From: Camelus dromedarius
Lineage: Eukaryota
Assembly (NCBI RefSeq): GCF_036321535.1
Contig: NC_087436.1
Location: 74,092,001-74,156,000 of the forward strand
DNA: 64,000 nucleotides
Direction of reading: 5' to 3'
Within the stretch, counting starts at the first letter, position 1. The number at the start of each line of letters is the position of its first letter. The notes under the pieces were generated by a model, which did no database searches, was not told the origin of the DNA, and saw nothing but the letters and a program-made list of their open reading frames with translations. Below, one piece after another: positions 52,361 through 64,000 of this stretch. The position numbers and the translations under genes were made by a program.

Positions 52361-54214
52361 TTATAAAGGAAATAACCCCCACTTTTATTCTGGTAATAAA
52401 AAGTAGAAGAAACAAAAAAAGAGAAAGATAGAAAGTAAAAAAGAGTCACAAAGGAGCTATTCCTCACCGTGTTAAGTATTCGGTATTGATTTAATTAACT
52501 GAAATTTAAAGTAGTAGAGGAAGATGACCAAAATGAAGCTCAAAAAACATTACAGAGCCCTAATTATTTTAGGAATTAGGACAATCCAAGAAATTGTTCG
52601 TAAGACAACTTAGGAAATGAGACAGAATATGGGACGTTCAGGGGACTTTGGCAGTGGATTCTAGGATTTTCTCTGAAGGAGGAGTGCCTCCCTTGTCAGA
52701 TATCAGGATCTCAACTCTCTATGGTTAATTCTGCCCATATTTTGAGAAATGAGGGTGCAGTGTCCTGGGACAAAAAAATAATGTAAAGTATGGCAATTTT
52801 TTTGCTAAATTGCAAAGGATAGAATTTCATTCTTCAGTAGAGTTTGGAGGCAAGTAGGCATTTAACGTTACAACAGGAAAAATGTTAATACCAGGGAAGC
52901 ACAGGGGTGCTGGCAATTCAGGTTTGAGGAAGTTTTGTTCATTGAGATATGGAAATCAGTGAAGTCTCAGCACTTTAGAGGTGATAGAAGTGGATAAGTT
53001 GCTGAACTGGTTAGGTTATAAAGAAGGAAAAGGCGCACTTTGGAGTGAGGGGTGAGGAAACATTTCACAGGGGCCATCTTTGCGAAGCCATGTGGGGAGC
53101 GTGAGCCACCTGAGAGCAGGAGCCTCCCGACGCTGATGATGCCCATTTGCTCCCTCTGCCCCATGGTATCTATGCTGGCTGTCCTCTCCGACTTCTAGCG
53201 GGAACCCCTGACGTGGGGCACAGGGGCAGGGGGAGGGAGAAGAGTTTCTCAAGTGTCTACAGAATTCCTCGCTGTCCTCCATTCTAGTATCTGCTGATCA
53301 AGCCTTTCTCAGATCCAAGGGACCTACAGTGCATGTTTACATGCTTGCTGCTGAGGTGTAGTGGCTGCTACATTGTGGAAAAGGATGATGGATATTTGTG
53401 TAATTAACTAATCAATAACAATCTTTTTTTGTCATAGTCTCTAGCTCTTTCATGCACCAGACTTAATTCAATATGTGTTCTTGAATGGTAGAAGTCACAC
53501 TTTCCTATTGACAGGTGTCTTCTCTAAAGTCTTCTGACTGACACAGAGTAAAGGAGATGCTGGTTGGGGTTGCTGGTAGGGCAAATCATTCATAAGGGAG
53601 TATGATAGTGAAAGCAGAATTGGAAAGCAATCCAGCGGGGCTTTAGAAAAATACAATTTTCTTTCTATTCTCTTCTGAGAAGAAAATCCTCCACAAAGTA
53701 AATGTTTAAACTTGTTCATAATAGAATAACTAGAAAAATAATTTAGTGAGGCTACTGGGTACAAGATAATTTAAAAAAAAAAAAGCCAAGCTCTCCCCTG
53801 TGGAAAAGCAGTAACAATGAGAAAAAATAATGGGTAGGGGGAAGGAGGTAGGTACAATTTTCAATAGTAATAAGAAATAAAACCACCTAGGAATTAACTT
53901 AGCTAGAAATGTGCAGCAGTTTTTGATAAACGCTACAAACTTTTCTGAGGAACATAAAAGAAGACCTGACTAAATGGGAAAATGTAACATGTTTTGGGAT
54001 GGGAAGATGGAATGTTATCAAGATATTAGTTTTTCTCAGATTAATCTATCAAATTCCAAAAATTCCCAAAGGCATATTTTTTGGCAGCAAAGTGTAAAAA
54101 TAGCCCATTAAAAAAAGAAAGTGTAAAAATAATGAGTGAAGAATTTCTCTAGTAAATATTAATGCTTATTATAAAGCTATAGTAATTTAAAAGTATGGGT
54201 CTCCAAGGAAAATG

Positions 54215-56460
54215 GAAATATATACAGTATTTGTCCTTCTGTGGCTTATTTCATTTAGCATTAATGTCTTTAAGGTCCATCCATGGTGTAGCATGTGTCA
54301 GAATTTCCCTTTTTAAGGCTGAGTAATATTCCACTGTAGTTTGTTTATCCATTCATTTATTGATAGACATGTGTGGGGTGGTTTCCACCTTTTGGCTATT
54401 GTAAATAATGCTGCTATGAACATAGGTGTACAAATATTGCTTGAGTTCTTTCTGTCCTAAACTGCAGAAATGTATTTTCTCACAGTTCTTGAAGGCTAGA
54501 AATCCAAGATCAAAAGTTTCTGGCTGATTTGGTTTCTGGTGAGAACTCTCTCCTTGGCTTACAGAAAGGGATGGAGTAGGGTGGGTTTGGGGTGGAGCTG
54601 TCTGGTTTCTCTTCTTATTAGCACACTGATTCTATCAGACCAGGTTTCCACCCTTATGACCTCATTTAACCTTAATCACTTCCTTACTCCAAATACAGCC
54701 ATAGATATGAATTTTAGGGGGACACAAACAATTAGGCCATTATACCTTCTTCCAATTTTGGGGGATATATGTCTAGAAGTGGAATTGATGGATCACATGG
54801 TAGTTCTATGTTTAATTGTTTGTTGAAGGAATTGTCATACTGTTTTCCACAGTTGCATTATCCATCAGTAATGCACAAATGATTCCAGTTTCTCCACATC
54901 CTTGCCAAGACCTACTGTTCTTCTTCTTTTCTTCCTCCTCTCCTTCCTCCTCCTCTTCCTCCTCCTTCTTCTTCCTTTCCTCCTCCTCCTCCTTCTTCTT
55001 TTAGATAATAGCCCACCTGGCTGGTGTGAAGTGGTATCTCATTGTGGTTTTGATTGCATCCCCTAATGAGTAGCAATGTTGAGTATATTTTCATGAGCTT
55101 TTTGGCCATCTATATACATTCTTTGGAGAATTGCCTATTCAAGTTCTTTGCTCATTTTTAAATTGGATTGTTTAGTTGCTGTTATTTTATAGTTTTTTAT
55201 ATATTCTGGATATTAATTCCTTATCAGATATATGATTTGCAAATATTTTCTCCCATCCTGTGGTTGCCTTTTCACCCTGTTGATAGCGTTCTTTGATGCA
55301 CAAAAGTTTTAATTTTGATGAAGCACACTATTTTTTCTTTTGTTGCTGATGCTTCTGGTGTCATAGCCAAGAAATATTACCAAAATTAATGTCATGAGGA
55401 TTTTCCTTTGTATATTATTTTAAGAGTTTTATAGTTTTAGCTCTTACATTTAATTATTTGACCCATTTTGAGTTAATTTTTGTATGTAGTGTAAAGTAAG
55501 GGTCCAACTTCATACTTTTGCACATGGATATCCAGTTTTATCAACACTGTATATCAAAAAGACTGTCTTTTAATTGAACACTGAATGGCCTTGGCACCCT
55601 TGCAGAAAATTATTTGACTTACATGTAAGAATTTATTTCTAGGCTGTCTATTGTATTCCATTGGTCTATATGTTTTCCACTACAACACTGTTTTGATTAC
55701 TATAGCTTTGTAGTAAGTTTTGAAATCCAGAAGTATGAGACCTATAATTTTGTTCTTTTTAAAGATTTTTTTGGCTATTTTGGGTCCCTTGGGATTCCAT
55801 ATGAATTTTAGGTTGGAGTTTTCTATTTCTGCAATAAATGTCATTGGGATTTTGATATGGATTATATTCGATGCATAGATCTCTTTGGGTAGTGTTGACA
55901 TTTTAACAATATTAAGTCTTCCAATGCACAAATATGGGCTGTCTTTCTATTTACTTATATCTTCTTTAATCTTTCAACAGTGTTTTATAGTTTTTAATGT
56001 ACAAGTTGTTAGCCTCCTTGGTTAAGTTTATTCCTAAGTATTTTTTCTTTTTAATGTTGTTGTAAATGGAATTGTTTTCTTAAATTCCTTTTCAGATTGT
56101 TGTTAGGTATAGAAACTATTTTTTGTATGTTGATTTTGTATCTGGTAAGTTTGATGAATTCACTTATTAGTTTTGTGTGTGTGTGTGTGTGTGTGTGCCC
56201 TTTGGGGTTTTCTATATCTAAGATCAAGTCATGTGCAAATAGAGATAATTTTACTTCCTCATTTCCAGTTTGGATGCCTTGTCTTTCTTTCTTTTTTTTC
56301 CTATTTGCTCTGGGTTGAACTTCCAATATTATGCTGAACAGGAGAAGTGAAAATGGGCATCTTTGTCTGATTCCTGATCTTAGAGAAAAAACTTTCAGTC
56401 TTTTACCATTGAGTATGATGTTAGGTGTAAGTTTTTCATATATGGCCTTTATTATGTCAC
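54215..56460 (-). mobile_element. L1 ORF2 3' half, with nested MLT1 (~54450-54745) and simple repeats
   Basis: ORFs 55680..55931 ([14 protein letters not shown]) and 56051..56326 (EEVKLSLFAHDLI, a degenerate FADD RT motif). Confidence 0.92.
54918..55001. repeat. (TCC/TTC)n polypyrimidine trinucleotide tract
   Basis: Direct reading. Confidence 0.92.
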
Positions 56461-57499
56461 ACTTAAATTTATAAAAGGACTAAAATAAAATACAGATATT
56501 TATATCATTTTGAGGAAGGAAAGCATGGTAACTAAAAGCAAAAATTACAAGAGAAAGAAAAGATAATAGATTTGATTATGTAAAAAATGAAAATATTTAT
56601 ATGGAAGAAGCTCTATAAACTGAAATGATATGATAAATAGCTGTAAGATCCTTAATATAAAAGAACTCTCACATATAAATAAGAAAAAAATGCTACAAAA
56701 GCTGAATTTGGCAAAGGACATGAATGTACAAAACACAGGAAGAGAATAACAGGGAGCCAGAGAATATCTAGGAAAAGGGTTTATCCTCCCTAGTATTTAA
56801 AGAAATAAAAATTTATATGAGATAGAATTTTTTTTTTGATTGAAGTATAGTTGACTCACAATATTATATTAATTTCAGGTGCACAAAACAGTAATTCAAT
56901 ATGTTTATAAATTACATTTTATACAAAATTATTATAAAAGATTGGCTATGTTCTCTGGGCTGTATGTTACCTCCTTGTAGCTAATTTATTTTATAACTAA
57001 TAGTTTGTAAAAATCCCCCTCACCTATCTTGCTTGTCTCCTCACCATACTACCCTCTGGTAACTAGTTTGTTCTCTATATCTGTGAGTCTGTTTTTGTTT
57101 TGTTACATTTGTTCATTTGTTTTACTTTTTAGATTCCTCTTCTATGTGAAAACATACAGTATTTGTCTTTCTCTGTCTGGCTTATTTCACCAAAAGCTTT
57201 CTTTTTAAACCTCTAAGACTGACAAAGATGAGGAAGAGTAATAACATGCACTTGGTAGTAGTAATTCCATACATTTTCTTTGGGAATACAGATTGGTTCA
57301 GTCTTTCCAGGAAGGCACCAAGTATTAACTCTTAAAAATGTGCATACTCAGAAATTATATAACTCTGGGTTTATCCTACAGGAAAAAATCATCCAAGATG
57401 CATGTACAAGAATGTTCACTGATACATTATCGAAAAGAGCAAAAAGTGGGAAATAACCTAAAAATGTCTAACAACTATGGGGCCACTAAAAATGCTGAT

Positions 57500-58023
57500 G
57501 CAGACCTTCCCTTGGATACTGAAATCCTTGAAAGTTCAAGTTTCTTATATTTGCATAGAACCTAGGTACATTCTCTTTTATACTTTATTTTCTTTTTTAT
57601 GTGTTAACCATTTATATTGTTTTTTTAACTGAAGTATAGGTGATTTACAATTTTGTATTAATACCTCTCATATTTTTTTTTTCGGGGGGGGGAGGTGGTA
57701 ATTAGGTCTATTTATTTATTTATTTTTAGAGGAGGTACTGGGGATTAAACTCAGGACCTTGTGCATGCTACGCATGTGCTCTACCACTTGAGCTATACCT
57801 TCCTCCTAGTACCGCTCATATACTTTAAAGTACCTCTAATTTATTTGTAACACCTAATACAATGTAAATGATATATAAATAGTTGATACAATGTAAATGC
57901 TCTGCAAATAGCTGCCAGCATGCAGAAAATTCAAGTTTTGCTTTTTGGAACTTTCTGGAATCATTTTTTCAAACATTTTTGATCCATGATTGGTTGACCC
58001 TGAGATATGATAGGCTGACTGTA
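57500..58023. mobile_element. MER2-like Tigger DNA transposon interrupted by an L1 tail and a SINE
   Basis: tttgcatagaaccta...cctaatacaatgtaaatg...tgactgta. Confidence 0.65.
57674..57809 (-). mobile_element. tRNA-derived SINE (Vic-1-like)
   Basis: Similar to the other two copies. Near-perfect TSD TACC(T/G)CTCATAT at 57662-57673 / 57810-57821. Confidence 0.85.
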
Positions 58024-60596
58024 CCTGTTTATCTAGCTATGTAAGCATGGAAAGATGATATATATATATATGAGGGAGAAGCAGATTGCTAAATAATATA
58101 CCTAGTACAACCCCAGTTTTATTTATTTATATGTTTTTTGACAAAATTGAGGACACTTTATATACAAAAGTATTAAAAATCGTTGTGTCAGATAGTGGTA
58201 TTTTAAATGATTTATATTTTCCTCTTTTTTTCATTTCCTTTTCTAAGGTTTCTACAACAAACAAACGTAGTCTTGTTTATAGTAATCGTTTTTGTTTATT
58301 AAAAATAGTGGCGACTTTTTATCGTGGTAAAATACACAACACATAATATTTACCATTTTAACCATTTTTAAGTGTACAATTCAGTGGCATTAAGTACATT
58401 TATGTTGTTGTGCAGCCATCACCACTGTCCATTTCCAGAACTTTTCATCTTCCTAGACTGAAACTGTACCCATTAAGCTGTAACTTCCCATTCTCTGCCC
58501 CCTAGTGATGTCTCTTAAAATCAGGAGTATTCTGTATTCAATCATGTTTATCCATTCTTTCTCCCTCCCAACTACACATATACTTAAAAAAAATTACAGT
58601 TTTATTGAGATGTAATTCACATACAAATCTTCCATCACACATACACTTTTGAAGTATTTTAGCACTCTTTGTCTTTCTTTTTTAATTGGAACCATTTTAA
58701 CCATGCATGAAGTACAACATTGGAGGTGAAAGCTCTTGAATTGGTTTGGAAGAAATTCTAGAGGAAAAATTATAAGTGAATTCTACCTGCCAGAAACCCA
58801 TACACAGTCTTTGGAAACTGCCTCCGGGTACTTTCAGAAACTATTTAAAATGGTGTTAGTTAGGTCCAGCTCCCCTCTGAAAGTTGAGTTAAGCTCAAGA
58901 GCAGGAATCCATTAATAGGTCAACAGCAGGAGAGAAGCGGGGACTGGAAGGGGCCTGGAGCAGCTGCGGTCCATTCGGTAGTTTAAAATTGGCTTTTCTT
59001 TTATTCTCTTATTCCTGCTACCCCCATAGAATCCACGAAGAATAGGGATGTTTTCTCCTGCACATCCGATGATAATAACAGGCCCAGATCTTTTTGAACA
59101 TAACCAGCAAAGAAAAGAAACACCCGTGGCCATCAAACCGGGTAAAATAGTAACATAATCTCTGGTTTGTAGTTTGAATCCTATTAATGATAATGGTGTA
59201 GAATTGTACAGTGAGAATGCTTTGGGAGTTTTTAAAGCTCGATTTTTTCAAAGACTGCATTCCTCATTAGACCTTCCCCATTAAGGCATGCTTGAATGAT
59301 GCTACACAGCCGAATAGTTGGGATTTTTTTCCACTCTTGTCATAGTCTGAAGACAAAGGATTCTTCCGCCTGCCCAAGTTCCCGGGAGCCTAGGCTGAGC
59401 GGCTGTGACAGCGGGTCAGCAGGGAGCTCTTTGTGCCGGCTTCGGATTGCCGTCAGGCCTCATTCACTAAACAGGATCAAGTTGGAGCAGGGGATGGAGG
59501 GGGAAAAAAAATGAATGAAGGAAAATCCACGCAGCCAGATACGGCGCCATGATCCGCTTTTCCCTTTCACTGATGCTGAGTCACGGTGCCGTCTAAGCCA
59601 AAGCACGGAAGACTAAAATCCTCCTCTTAAGTACACTGCGTCTTCTCTGTGCTTTGGCTGAAGTGATGTCGCTACAGTTGAACAAATGTGGCTACAGTTG
59701 AACAAACGCTAACATTAGTGTGGCAGCTTACTTGACGTCTTCTGAGCAGCATTGAGGCTGGTGTAATGGAGCTGGGGGCCCTGCAGTTGGTACCGAAGGT
59801 TCCTCCTCATGGCCTTACAGTCTAGCTTGTCCTCAATGTCTCCTGGCCTCAATTTCCTCATCTGTTAAGTACGAGGATAAAGAGGGTTAACACATATGTT
59901 TGTTACATATTGAGGCATACTTCTAATTCATTATCATTAGAACTTCTATATTTGAATTTAGAAGTTGTGTGTATATGCCTCTTCTGGATTATGTGTGTAT
60001 GGATGTCAGCCATTACCCAAAGGGACAACTGTTTAATATTACCCAAGGGAAAGTGTTGAGGGCTGTATAAGTTAAAATTAGCATTTCAGGAATGGACATA
60101 TCCACTGGCATAGCATAGTGATTAAGCACCCGTTAGAATCTGGGGCCTCTAATCTGAGCCCTGTCACTTGCTAACCCTGTGCCTTGGACAAGTTATTTAA
60201 GCTCTCTGTCCCTTGATTTCCTCATTTATAAAACTGGGATAAAAGGGGATAATTACTTCATAAGAGCATTGTGAGGTTTTAATGAGTTAATAGAAGTAAA
60301 ACTCTTAGAGCAGAGTGAGTATCATTACTATTATCTAGTTAATTGGAAGAGAGTTGGAGAGAGGAAAAAGAAAGAGGGAGTCAAATAAAACCCTCCTGCC
60401 CCCAGTCAAACCAAACCAAACCAAAGAGTCATCAAGAGAGGGAAAGTCAGTGGGGAAGGCAGGGGCCCAGATAAAGACACAGATGCACAAACACAGCAAA
60501 ACAGACACAAAGACACTTTCATCCTTGTCTTGTGACCTTTCTGTCTCTTACCACTGAAAGGTTTAGAAGCCATGCTACGTCTTTACACTGTAGGCT

Positions 60597-61000
60597 GTGT
60601 GTTAGTTTGCTAGGGCTGCCATAACAAAATACCACACACAAAGTAGGTGGCTTACACAGCAGAAATTTTTCTTACAATTCTGGAGGCTGAAAGTCTAACA
60701 TCAAGGTGTCAACAGGTTTGGTTTCTTTGAGGCCTCCCCCCTTGGTTTGCAGATGGCATCTACTTTCTGTGCCCTCATGTGGTCTCTCTGTGTGTGCACA
60801 TCCCTGCTGTCTCTGTGTCCAAATTTCCTCTTAGAAGACACCAGTCATATTGGATTAGGACCCATTCTAACAGCCTCATTTTAACTTAAGCACCTCTGTG
60901 TAAAGTTCCTATTCCAAATACTGTCATACTTTGAGATACTGGGACTTAGGACTTCAACATATGAATGGAGGCTGGGGGAATACGGTTCAGCCCATATAGG
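60597..61000. mobile_element. MaLR LTR (MLT1B-like)
   Basis: tgtgttagtttgctagggctgccataacaaaataccac...ggacttcaacatatgaat. Confidence 0.82.
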
Positions 61001-61339
61001 CTTTTTGCTTCATAGACAATGAGAAATTAGCCACAGAACCAGAATTTACTCCAGTATCATATAAAGGAGTCAAAAGGAGTTGTGAAGCCAGTAATGAAGT
61101 TTGTTTGAATATCTCATGTGATACTTCTATCAGTTGTATGAAAGATATCTGATGTTTATGGAGAAAATTAGACTTTCATGGAAAAATGATAGACATTTGG
61201 CAATAATTTTTGGTTTGGTTTAGACATTTGATACATAAGATTTTGGGTTTGGAAAGTGGGTTTGAAGTTATGTCAGAGAGGAAAGTAGAATCTACACTAG
61301 TTATGTCAGCAGAGGAAATTTAATATAGGGAATAAACAT

Positions 61340-62540
61340 GAATCTATTTAGTACCATCTGCTCACAAGGAGCAATTTAGCATGATATCATCAATGAGGGA
61401 CACATGTGATGTTCTGTGGGACGTCAAGATGGTCCTCTGGGGACTCTGACGGAGACCATGACAGAGAGCAGAAGGGTTGACCTAGCCCTGAGGTAAGACA
61501 GTGAGAGTGTACTGTTGTCCTGTTAGTGGAAAGCAGAAGACTTGTGATCCTTGAGAATTGTTTTCAGGGAAGAAAAATTAATATCAATAGCTGGGTACCA
61601 GATGCCAGATACTTGTGTTAATTTGCTCAGGTAAAGTCATCACATTGGAAATAGCAGCTACAACTGGCATCGCCTGATTACGTTTACAATAATCCATAAT
61701 CACCATCCAGGTTGAATACATCTTCTGCACAGGCCAAGCTGGTAAATTAAATGGGAATGTTAGGAGTTGCCATTCCTGCATCTTCTCAGTCTTTGGTGGT
61801 GGCATTAATCTTTCAATTCTCCTGGGAATGTGGTGTTGCTTTTAGTTGACTGTTGAGGGTAGGGTGGAAGGAGTTTCAAGAGCTTCTACTTGGCCTTCCA
61901 ACAGCATTTTGCCACCTTCCAGCATGGAGATCAGACCAGTTTCCAACGTGTATACATCAATTATATACTCAAGAACTAAGGAAATAACTACAGGGTGGGT
62001 CCTATAAAATAGACTTGAGCTCAGATCTCATGTATCACCCAAGTACCATAGTCTTCTCTTTGAATACTGATCTCCAGTGGTGTTTTGGGTCCTCAGGAAT
62101 TAGCATCCACTCAGAACAAGTATCTAGAAAATTTCAAAGATCTATAGACTCTTTAATTTCCCTCAATTAAAAACCCAAGGCTTCACTTGAATCTTATTAA
62201 AAAAGTTGATCCACATCACTTGCTTATCCAAGCTAGTGTATGTGTATATACTGACTGATGCTTGATACCTGCTATGACAGGCATCCTTTGCTATGGGGGC
62301 TCCCCAGAAGCCTGGCCAAGACTTTCTCAGAATCACATCACAGGCTGAAGCTCCTCCCACTCAGGACTCCTTCCCTCCCTCTCCTTTCACAGGTGTCAGA
62401 CCTGCACAGCAATCAGAAGGCTCTCTCCTCCTATCCCCAGTCCTTCACCCCTTTAAGTTCCACAGGTGTTCCCCCCACTACATGTCTTTCACAACTTGTT
62501 CCACTTTGGCATTTATTTCTCAGAGCACCTGAGCTAACAC
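61340..62540 (-). mobile_element. ERV-L internal remnant (pol/RT) with adjacent LTR-like segment
   Basis: ORF 61584..61805 FPFNLPAWPVQK..W...DYCKRNQ...EQINTS resembles the ERV-L RT motif SPFNSPIWPVQK..WRMTVDYRKLNQ. Frameshifted. Confidence 0.8.
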
Positions 62541-64000
62541 AGAAATCAACTCATCATGCAAAAAAGCTTGAGGTCCATTGAATAGTAGATTGTTGACAAG
62601 TCTGAGATTTCTGGGCCTTAGGGAGCCTAATTTTATTTTCTCCCAATAACTGAACGTTTAAAAAATTAATTAAATATGCCATACAAATAAGTCCTGAATA
62701 GAGTTGGTTTCTTTCCCCTAGAAAAATGTCTAGGTGACAAAGTGTTGCTTCTGGACATACATTTTTAAAGTGGATCCAGGGACAAGATGAAATTCCTGAG
62801 ATTGGGAGCAGACGCTGGGAACCTGGGCAGCATTTAAACGTTTGTCTGTCTCTGCTCTATATTTTGCTTTCTATTTTATATCATGAAGTGTTAACACAGG
62901 ATCTAATGTGTCAAAAATGAAAAATGTGGGTATCATGTGGTGCTCTCAACAGGCTCCTTGAAGAATGTTTTTTCCTTCTGTCAAGGATCAGCTAAAATTG
63001 AATTTGGCTTTGTTTGCCCTTTGTCACCCAGGCATTAGGGTCAGACTCTTGTGTGACCTAAGTGAGGCCGTGATGGACAGTTCTGCAGAGGGCATTATCA
63101 CAGCCTAATCAGGTAGACTGAAAGCAAAATTGTTCTTCTCTTCTCCCACGGCATCTGCTCCTTCGCGCTCTTCCCCTTTCGTGTTCTCGTCTAACTCGCC
63201 TTGTGAATTTTCAAGGTGCAGTACTATTCATTGTTAATAGTGAGAGAGAGATTTTGGTTACAGAGCAGTTGTAGGAATCAAGTCTTCTGCCTTGTAGACT
63301 GACTTCCTCAGGGACAGAGCAATGCCAGGAAGCCTTGGCCACTGAGCCACCACCAAGTCTGTAATATTTTTTTATCTGATGCAGAAGGGGGACCCTGCTA
63401 TTTCCTGGATGCTTTAGGCTTTCATTCAATAGTAATGATGCATTTAATCTTGGGAGAATCTAAAACATTCACCTTGTAATAGTAACAATAAGTCTAAGTC
63501 TAGAACCAGCAGAAGTCTTGCAAAAAATGATCAAACTAAAACAACAAAACCAAGGCCTCTTTTTGTTTGTTTGTTTCCTTTCTTAATTTTACATCTTAGC
63601 AATAATAAGAGACAAGGATGAAATGCCTAGTTTGGGGGCTGAGGATGCAATGACAATATAGGCTTAAGAGAAAGTAAAATACTGCTAAAATAGTATTTTG
63701 TTTCTCTGCCAGAGGAGTAATAGAAGGAAATAATTATCTGTTGCATTTATGCTTTGTGCCAACCCTTGTACTAAATGATTTTTATGTATATGTATTATCT
63801 CTGTCCTCTCTAGAAGCCCGAAAGGGAAGCGTGTCATCTCCATTTTATTGATGAGTAAACTGAAGTTTAGAGATGTTAAGTTAACCCGAGATCACATGGC
63901 TTGTTAGTGGTCCCTCTGGGATTCAAACCCAGGTCTGTCTGACTTTAAATTATGAATGAAAGTGAATGATCATGGAACTCTAAAAGACAGAGCAAATGCT

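Noticed and set aside
53209..53216. TGACGTGG UPRE/CRE-like motif
   Set aside because: A single 8-mer is expected by chance in 64 kb, with no further support.

Overview
Mammalian genomic DNA, probably camelid (inferred from three Vic-1-like tRNA-derived SINEs and a recurring young L1 3' end). It covers the head-to-head CCDC158 / SHROOM3 locus. On the minus strand are seven coding exons of CCDC158. All have GT-AG boundaries and splice into an uninterrupted 343-codon frame (1029 nt) that continues beyond the left edge. Upstream lie a likely 43-nt 5'UTR exon and a CpG-island first exon at about 30.2-30.4 kb. On the plus strand is the 168-nt first coding exon of SHROOM3 (start of the PDZ domain), followed by about 25 kb of its first intron. 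Most of the rest is interspersed repeats: L1, L2, MIR, MaLR/ERVL/ERV1 LTRs, an ERV-L pol remnant and DNA transposons. I found no convincing new biological system. The most interesting observations are regulatory: a candidate RFX X-box internal promoter for CCDC158, a strong hidden splice acceptor and uORFs in the SHROOM3 leader, sense-oriented L1 tails with poly(A) signals just downstream of CCDC158 exons, and a target site hit twice by retrotransposons. Gene identities and repeat subfamilies come from recalled sequences, not database searches, and repeat boundaries without TSDs are approximate.
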